Assembly: GCA_001779195.1 (NCBI GenBank)
Contig: MFJL01000014.1
Coordinates: 9,522-73,521, forward strand
Origin: Candidatus Gottesmanbacteria bacterium RIFCSPHIGHO2_02_FULL_39_11
GTDB lineage: Bacteria; Patescibacteriota; Microgenomatia; 2-02-FULL-39-11
DNA length: 64,000 nt
Reading direction: 5' to 3'
Below the pieces are notes generated by a model. It had not been told where the DNA came from. It was given only the letters and a program-made list of their open reading frames with translations, and did not search any database. Of this stretch, positions 57,816 through 64,000 are shown piece by piece; position 1 is the first letter of the stretch, and the number at the start of each line of letters is the position of its first letter. The translations under genes were made by a program, and so were the position numbers.

Positions 57816-58806
57816 TTGCCGAGTCTTTAATATAATGACTTAAACAGCTGTGGTAGTACTCCTTTGTGGCTTTAAGTCCTTCCCTTAATGATACTTCAGG
57901 ATTCCAGTTAAATTTATTTCTGAATTTCCTGTCATCAATATATACATTTCCGACTTCAATCTTTTTCCTGTCTTTCGGCCACTGCATTTTTTTTATCTTT
58001 CCGCCTACTATTCTCTCGATTGATTTGGCTATTGTATAAACAGTTGGAAAATCTGATGAGCTTACAAAATAAACCTCCCCCTTGCCCCTTTTTCCAATTG
58101 TCCTTAGGAGAGCATCAACTACATCTTCAATATATAAGACAGACCGATGCTGATTACCAGATCCGTAGAGAGGGATCGGTTTACCCGACAAAGCAAGACC
58201 GATAAAGTAGTTGATAAAACCAAACTCACTTGATGAAATGACAGCCCGGGGCCCGTATACATTTGGAAGTCGTATGGAAGTTGTATTTATTCCATATACC
58301 CGTGAATATATTTCCATATACTTCTCTCCCAGGCTTTTATGAGCTGAATATATATCGCATGGAAACTCGCAGTGCAGTTCGGTAATGGGATTAATTTTCA
58401 TTTTTCCCACCTGGGTAGATGTTGCAGTATATATGACCTGTATTTTGGGGTTATACTTCCGAACGGATTCCAACAGCACAAGTGTCCCCCGGGCATTTAT
58501 GTCTAAATCCATAAAGGGGTCTTCCATAGAACCTGGATGAGAAGTATGAGCCGCACAATGAAAAATAATATCAGTATTCGTTAGAATTTTCGCAAGCACT
58601 TTTTCGTTTCTAATATCGTGATTTAAAAAAATAACTTCTTTTTGAATGGGTTTTATATTGTATAAATTCGCTCCCGAATGAAAGTCGCAGTTGTCTAAAA
58701 TAGTGACATTAGCACCTTTTTTAAAACAAGATAAGGCTAAATTGCTTCCAATAAATCCAATACCTCCTGTAATAAGTATTTTTTTACTTTGAAACATTTT
58801 TTCCAT
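57805..58806 (-). CDS. NAD-dependent sugar epimerase/dehydratase
   Basis: Motifs LITGGIGFIGS, YSAHK (YxxxK) and RLPNVYGP. Confidence 0.92.
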   Translation of the reverse strand: MEKMFQSKKILITGGIGFIGSNLALSCFKKGANVTILDNCDFHSGANLYNIKPIQKEVIFLNHDIRNEKVLAKILTNTDIIFHCAAHTSHPGSMEDPFMDLDINARGTLVLLESVRKYNPKIQVIYTATSTQVGKMKINPITELHCEFPCDIYSAHKSLGEKYMEIYSRVYGINTTSIRLPNVYGPRAVISSSEFGFINYFIGLALSGKPIPLYGSGNQHRSVLYIEDVVDALLRTIGKRGKGEVYFVSSSDFPTVYTIAKSIERIVGGKIKKMQWPKDRKKIEVGNVYIDDRKFRNKFNWNPEVSLREGLKATKEYYHSCLSHYIKDSAINL

Positions 58807-58828
58807 TTATAAAGCTAGGGCAGATATT

Positions 58829-60415
58829 TTACCTGATAATAGACTCATGATTCTTTTTATCCGATTTGAACCTAATAATCAAATAAATAAGAAGCATCAT
58901 GCATAAAACATACATGGTGAGATAAAAAATAAGAAAATAACCTTTGGTAAACCACGGTTTATACTGACTGGCTTCCACTAAAAAACGGCTTACCGGAAGA
59001 ATATCATAATAGGAAGAAAGAAGAGTATATAATCCGTAAATGCTGAAAATAACCGTTAGTACGGCAATCAATTTTATAAACCCTTCTTTCACCTTTTTAA
59101 ATTTTTCGGGAATCAAAGAGTTCCATCCCTTAAGAAATAAATAGGTAAGAATCGTAACCACGGGAAAATAATACCTTCCCTGTATTCCCAATTGAAACCC
59201 AGACTGATACCAGCTTAACCAGTCGAAAACAGAAATTCCGGCATAAAATATCCATGCGATCCCGATTAAAAAAATTATGCTTTGTATGTGCCTGTTTACT
59301 TGCGACCGGTTCCTTATAAGCTTAAATAAAGATAGTCCCAGTCCCACAATTGCAAGTATAAGTATGCGGTTAATTATCCGGTGAATACCTCTGGGATAGG
59401 TTACACCCAGCCATTTGTATATTCCGAAATACCATGGCAATACTTCCGTATAAGTATGAGAGAGAGTATATTCCCGGGTATATTTTAAAAGGCTTTGCAA
59501 ATTTAAATGGTTAATTATCGTTTGAATTAAAACAAACGAGCCAAAACCTATTCTATAGAAAATATATAAAAGAACGACACCAAATACCCCAAACAAACTG
59601 ATATATAACCATTTTTTTTCTGTCTTTAAATCTCTTATTGCAATAGCCAAAATCAAAATGACGGTTATCGGAATAGTTATAATAAATTGAGGTTTTGAAT
59701 AGATGCATAATAAAAGAGTGATAAATAAATTTGCCGTGTTTCCGACTGTAAAAGAATTTTTTATGATATGGACGATCCAATATATAAATATCGTAAACAG
59801 AAGATTACCCAAGGCGTCACTGTTTACTCCCACATTGGCAAAAATAAGCATAGGTTGAAATCCTACCAGTATGGGAAATATGAATTGCTCCAAATGTCTT
59901 TTTGGAAATAATAACCTTCCAAGTTTATAGCTTACTGCAATAAACATCATAAAAAGTAAAAGAGACCATATACGTACTGTAAGAACCCGAGTAAAAATAT
60001 CGGAAGTATAAAACAAACGGTATATTAAACTTCCCGGAATATAATATAAAATCGGATATCGGGATGCTTCAATGCGGACAAAGGTTGATTTATCTTTATG
60101 GGTGTTTACAGCAGAAATACTTGCCTCATGATAACCAATCAGGCTATCGGAATAAGGAATACGGTATTCCGGATGAAAAGTAAAACGGTTATTGCCGGAA
60201 TTGTCCCGGTGCGTTCCTAAGAGTACTTCTGAAGTGTATATTTCTTTTGACAAATCTAACTCTTCGCCCTCTGAGTTTCTTCCTTTTTCTGCCACAAATG
60301 CCACTTGGCCAAAGTGAGACTGTTCATCGGGAGTATGAAATATAGGAACAAGACACACCCAAATAAATGCATTTAAGAAAGCCGTAAAAAAAAATATGGT
60401 ACCAGCATTTCTCAT
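58829..60415 (-). CDS. DUF2142-like membrane protein (predicted GT-C fold)
   Basis: Motifs PIFHTPDEQSHF, YPILYY, VNSD, SKP and IQGRYYFP. Start moved to the ATG at 60415 (ATGA overlap). Confidence 0.78.
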   Translation of the reverse strand: MRNAGTIFFFTAFLNAFIWVCLVPIFHTPDEQSHFGQVAFVAEKGRNSEGEELDLSKEIYTSEVLLGTHRDNSGNNRFTFHPEYRIPYSDSLIGYHEASISAVNTHKDKSTFVRIEASRYPILYYIPGSLIYRLFYTSDIFTRVLTVRIWSLLLFMMFIAVSYKLGRLLFPKRHLEQFIFPILVGFQPMLIFANVGVNSDALGNLLFTIFIYWIVHIIKNSFTVGNTANLFITLLLCIYSKPQFIITIPITVILILAIAIRDLKTEKKWLYISLFGVFGVVLLYIFYRIGFGSFVLIQTIINHLNLQSLLKYTREYTLSHTYTEVLPWYFGIYKWLGVTYPRGIHRIINRILILAIVGLGLSLFKLIRNRSQVNRHIQSIIFLIGIAWIFYAGISVFDWLSWYQSGFQLGIQGRYYFPVVTILTYLFLKGWNSLIPEKFKKVKEGFIKLIAVLTVIFSIYGLYTLLSSYYDILPVSRFLVEASQYKPWFTKGYFLIFYLTMYVLCMMLLIYLIIRFKSDKKNHESIIR

Positions 60416-61374
60416 CTGATTTGCTTGATTCGTATACGGAAATGAAGTCCGTTTGCGATATAACCCAATCCGAACACAATTTTTGATAGTCTTTCTGCAA
60501 CCCAGTTCTGCCATCTTGGATAGGTAACAAAAGTAACCCCAGAGTACACAATATGAATAAACACATATCCTGCTGCTAAAAAAACTGACATAATTTGACT
60601 TAGATGGGCTTTCCTCCTATTTTGCATATCAAACCACGCGCATCCGCCTGCATAAGACCTTTGAAGAATATAGGAAAGAGTTTGCTTTTTATCAGAGACT
60701 TCATGAAAAACTGATAATTTAGGTGAGTAGAAAATTTTTGCTGTATTATTTGTATACTCGAAGAGTCGGTAGAACAAATCCGTTTCTTCATGAAGATATA
60801 AATTTTTTCCTTTCATTCCCAGCCGCTCATCAAAACCTCCTATCTCCATTAAGGTATTCTTTTTAATTATCATGTTTGAACCGGTTAACGACTCACCTTT
60901 TTTTAAATATCTTTCTTGAGAACCCAGAATTTTTTTCGACATTACTGCGTATTTCGCCTTAAACCAATCCGGCTTTTTTCCACCAGCAAAAAAAGGTTTT
61001 TCCGGACCTCCCAACGCTATTAAGGAATTTCGGTATTTGCTAATTATATACATTGCATTTGATAACCAGTTTTTAGGAATCCTTACATCATCGTCCAGAT
61101 AAGCCACATACTTTCCATGAGCATATTGGTATCCTAAGTTTCGTGAAGCAGATAATCCTTTTCGGTCATCTACAATATACTGAAACAAATTTGAAGAAAA
61201 CTCATGTTGAAATGATTTGACAACTATGGGTGTTTGATCGGTTGATCTATCGTCAATCACAACAACCTCATACCCATCTGACTTACTGGTTTGTTTCATG
61301 ATGGATTTAAGACACTCTCCAAGTAAATTTGCCCGGTTGTATGTACAGATAACAATGGAAATTTTGGGGGTCAT
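60412..61374 (-). CDS. GT2 glycosyltransferase
   Basis: Motifs ISIVICTYNRA, GLSASRN, YLDDD, GSNM, GGFD and EETD. Confidence 0.92.
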   Translation of the reverse strand: MTPKISIVICTYNRANLLGECLKSIMKQTSKSDGYEVVVIDDRSTDQTPIVVKSFQHEFSSNLFQYIVDDRKGLSASRNLGYQYAHGKYVAYLDDDVRIPKNWLSNAMYIISKYRNSLIALGGPEKPFFAGGKKPDWFKAKYAVMSKKILGSQERYLKKGESLTGSNMIIKKNTLMEIGGFDERLGMKGKNLYLHEETDLFYRLFEYTNNTAKIFYSPKLSVFHEVSDKKQTLSYILQRSYAGGCAWFDMQNRRKAHLSQIMSVFLAAGYVFIHIVYSGVTFVTYPRWQNWVAERLSKIVFGLGYIANGLHFRIRIKQIR

Positions 61375-61394
61375 ATTATTTCTAATCTGTTCTT

Positions 61395-62438
61395 TTATCT
61401 ATAAAGCAATCTCTTTATTCTCCCTTCTAATAAATGAGGCAAACTGTTTTCATTTTTAAGAATAATTGAGCTTTTTTGACCGGAATTATTGTCTTCTTTC
61501 CATTTTTTAATATACTCGGAAAATAAAGGGAAAAACTGATACTTTTCCAAAATAAGTTCTCGTGCTTTACATATTGTTTTCTGATTACGCTTCCACAGAT
61601 TACTATGAATAATCCGATTAATGGTATCAGGACATTTGGGATCTTCGATATCTATTTTAATATAGGAGGACTCAGGAAAATAATTTGAAATATTAGTGCA
61701 GCCATAATATATGGGCATAGTATAGGACAGATAAGCATCTGCAAGCTTTTCACTCCAGTAGTCAGGTCCGGCAAAGTTCTCAACAACCAGACTATATCGA
61801 TAAGGAGAGAGTGCTTCCCATTTATCCTGTGCGACTGATGAATACCCTTCGGCATATAAAGCTTTTTTCAACTCTTCTTTCTCCTGTTGTGTCTTAACAT
61901 GCAGTTTTCTTTCATAATAATTTAAAGTTGCAGTAATATCGCATGCGGACTTGTGTGAAATATTTTTTAAAAAATTTAATCTTTTTTTATGTCCCTCAAA
62001 AATATTTTTTTTGCTTGTAACCCAACAAAGTAATTTATTTTTTTTCGGCATCGGTTCTTTTCTCAAAAAATCATAAGACCGGTTTATATGCCAAGGCAGT
62101 CCTGTCTGGGTATGAATATACCTTTCCCCAACCAAGTGAGAATCAGTTGTGTACACACGGGAATAAATGCCGCAAGGTTTATAGGTATGCCTGAAAAATT
62201 CGTTCGGGGGCTCCTGATGAATTAACCATAAGTTTTTTTCATTGCAATAAACTCCCGCATCCCGGGTTATTGAGTTTAAAACAAGTACATAATCACAATT
62301 ATCTCCCTCGTCAAATGTAAATTGGATTCCACCCCATACTCCCTTTCCCTGTGGTGTTTGGTTAAGCATGTCAGGCCAATCCCAGCTTTTAATTATTCTT
62401 ATGACTATCTCCTTATTTTTCTTTATATCTGTATCCAT
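61395..62438 (-). CDS. GT10-like (alpha-1,3-fucosyltransferase-like) glycosyltransferase
   Basis: Motifs QEPP, GHKKR and K...L..YRYSLVVEN...DYWSEKLADA....PIYYG. Confidence 0.75.
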   Translation of the reverse strand: MDTDIKKNKEIVIRIIKSWDWPDMLNQTPQGKGVWGGIQFTFDEGDNCDYVLVLNSITRDAGVYCNEKNLWLIHQEPPNEFFRHTYKPCGIYSRVYTTDSHLVGERYIHTQTGLPWHINRSYDFLRKEPMPKKNKLLCWVTSKKNIFEGHKKRLNFLKNISHKSACDITATLNYYERKLHVKTQQEKEELKKALYAEGYSSVAQDKWEALSPYRYSLVVENFAGPDYWSEKLADAYLSYTMPIYYGCTNISNYFPESSYIKIDIEDPKCPDTINRIIHSNLWKRNQKTICKARELILEKYQFFPLFSEYIKKWKEDNNSGQKSSIILKNENSLPHLLEGRIKRLLYR

Positions 62439-63298
62439 GATGATGGAAATAAATCTTTAGTTGAAACTTTTAGTTTATAAAACCAATTTCTCGGAGCAAT
62501 CACTATAGATGATGCGTTTGGATTAAGCCACCCTACCCACCAACTAAAGGTACTATTTGTAAGAATATGATGCTTGCACAGACTTCCCAGAATCAGATCC
62601 TCTTCAACCCGATCCGGATAATTTATGTCAACATACGTAGCCGGATAAGACAAAATAATATTATTTTTTACCCATTCAATATCATCTGAGAAAAGAAAAA
62701 AATGAGGGTTCTTAACTCTCTTTCGAATAACTGAAACAGCTTGGTGTATATAGTCTGCCCCTATAAAACCGTGTCTTCGGCTGATTATGTGATTGGTAAC
62801 ATAATCTCCCCGTCTAATATTTATTGAAATGGAATTCACATCTGAAATATACTCTCGAAGTTCTTTACTCTCAGAAGATAACTTCTCGTTTAACCGAAGT
62901 TCCCGTCTAAGAATATTTGCAATACTTAAAAAGTATTTTTCACTCTGAAAGTAACCGATAAGATATGAATTATCGCGAATCCTCTCAAAGCTCCGATCGT
63001 AGTGAAAACTTTTTTCATAATATATATTCGAAAATAACGGAAACAGTATATGGTGAATATACGGGTGGTAATCCTGGGGAAAAAATCTCGAAAACTTTAA
63101 ATATTTTTTAAGATCACTCCCCTTTGATATTTCAGCCTGGATATTGAATTTATCCAGAAGAAATATCCGGTATGTCTTTCTCTGAAGTTCCGTAATATCA
63201 AGTTTTAACGAGGTCCCGAATTTTATCGACAGCATCCTTCCCGCCGCATACTGAAACAGTTGATTTCCCAGTCCACCGGTTATTCGGATAATAATCAT
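62423..63298 (-). CDS. GT11 alpha-1,2-fucosyltransferase
   Basis: Motifs GGLGNQLFQYA, GYFQSEKYF, NIRRGDY, FSDDIEW and NSTFSWW. Confidence 0.92.
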   Translation of the reverse strand: MIIIRITGGLGNQLFQYAAGRMLSIKFGTSLKLDITELQRKTYRIFLLDKFNIQAEISKGSDLKKYLKFSRFFPQDYHPYIHHILFPLFSNIYYEKSFHYDRSFERIRDNSYLIGYFQSEKYFLSIANILRRELRLNEKLSSESKELREYISDVNSISINIRRGDYVTNHIISRRHGFIGADYIHQAVSVIRKRVKNPHFFLFSDDIEWVKNNIILSYPATYVDINYPDRVEEDLILGSLCKHHILTNSTFSWWVGWLNPNASSIVIAPRNWFYKLKVSTKDLFPSSWIQI

Positions 63299-63999
63299 AT
63301 AGAATTATTTATGTGATTCCTATAGCTTGTGAGTCTTTGTGACACCTCTCTGTCAAAAATAGATTCATCATCTATGTTTTCATATATTTTCTTCCCAAAA
63401 ATTACGTTTTTAACCTTTCCCAGAGAAAGAAAATACTGATTATTCCACAGTTTTGAATCTGTTTTTTCTTCCATTTCTCTTTCTTTTCTGAAATTTATAA
63501 GCGTCGTGAGAGGCTTTGATTCAAGTTTCCCTATTATATCGGCTAATCCGTATATAGGATCCGAATTATGAAAAAAATTTTTCCTTGCCCAAATATTTAA
63601 GACAGAGTAATTTCCTGATTTAGATGCTGAGGCACTGATGAGTTTAAATTCTGTGTACGTTTTTATTGTATCTATATATTTGTACCAGTCCGCCCAAAGC
63701 TCAGAGGGCAATCTATATGGCTGAAGCATATAAATGGATTTTTTTGCAAGTGCTGCTTCAATAAGTGTTGTACTAAATGAAGAAACTATAATATCACTTC
63801 CCAAAATCCACTCACGAACTGTATATGTTTTCAGAACATGAATTCTGTCACTTATATTGGACTGCATCATGTGAAGCTTCTCCTTAAAATAGGATAGACT
63901 AAATGTAGGACGGGGACGAAGAATTACTTCGACATCATCTGCACCTTCTCTGACAATCCGGTCCAGCCACCTGATAACCTCTTCAAAACTTTTCTCACA
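63295..63999 (-). CDS. Surface-carbohydrate biosynthesis protein, GT-B-like C-terminal part (5' end outside the window)
   Basis: The frame stays open from the window end (CEKSFEEVIRWLD...VILRPRP...) into the tracked ORF. SDIIVSSFSTTLIEAALAKK resembles the C-domain of TagF/capsule-type GT-B enzymes. Confidence 0.6.
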   Translation of the reverse strand, partial: CEKSFEEVIRWLDRIVREGADDVEVILRPRPTFSLSYFKEKLHMMQSNISDRIHVLKTYTVREWILGSDIIVSSFSTTLIEAALAKKSIYMLQPYRLPSELWADWYKYIDTIKTYTEFKLISASASKSGNYSVLNIWARKNFFHNSDPIYGLADIIGKLESKPLTTLINFRKEREMEEKTDSKLWNNQYFLSLGKVKNVIFGKKIYENIDDESIFDREVSQRLTSYRNHINNSI

Positions 64000-64000
64000 A

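Noticed and set aside
60386-60394. A9 tract near the DUF2142 gene start, and other A/T runs, as phase-variation sites
   Set aside because: Runs of 8-9 A/T are common in this AT-rich sequence, frames are intact, and no long G/C tracts were seen.
60416-60514. Long N-terminal extensions in the ORF track (also 32279-32368, 39289-39336, 41141-41191)
   Set aside because: They overlap the upstream genes; downstream ATGs at or near stop/start overlaps give normal family N-termini.
417-61855. Numerous short alternative-frame and antisense ORFs in the track (for example 417-785, 6330-6662, 14997-15560, 26569-27018)
   Set aside because: They lie within or opposite well-supported genes, show no recognisable motifs, and look like shadow ORFs.
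1-64000. CRISPR arrays, tRNA/rRNA genes, transposases, integrases, defence systems or stop-codon recoding
   Set aside because: No spaced repeats, cloverleafs or such protein motifs were seen, intergenic space is minimal, and conserved genes end normally at TGA, TAA or TAG.

Overview
This is an AT-rich, gene-dense bacterial window, almost entirely on the minus strand and using the standard genetic code (TGA serves as stop). Gene content and style (DUF4012, many GT-C glycosyltransferases, alpha2-type GlyRS, no obvious Shine-Dalgarno sites) suggest a Patescibacteria/CPR genome, probably Microgenomates; this is inference. Region 1-19.7 kb is an expanded dcw/peptidoglycan cluster: mraZ-rsmH-ftsL-like-ftsI-murE-pgeF-murC-murB-murA-glmU-like-glmS-[alpha/beta hydrolase, membrane-anchored MurF-like ligase, DegT aminotransferase, FemX-like, dgkA]-mraY-ftsW-murG. 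Region 19.8-22.4 kb holds a small exported protein, a nested palindromic repeat, glyS and recO. Region 22.4-64 kb is a roughly 40 kb surface-glycan locus with a priming transferase, ManC, many GT2/GT4 enzymes, a flippase, methyl- and acetyltransferases, GmhA, GT10/GT11-like enzymes, nine GT-C-fold proteins and an O-antigen-ligase/GT-C fusion. An argH-argG pair interrupts this locus. It is preceded by a T-box riboswitch with an Arg (CGC) specifier and a truncated Stem I, which is the most striking non-coding element here. No rRNA, tRNA, CRISPR array or transposase was seen. All calls come from reading motifs by eye; no searches or folding programs were run.
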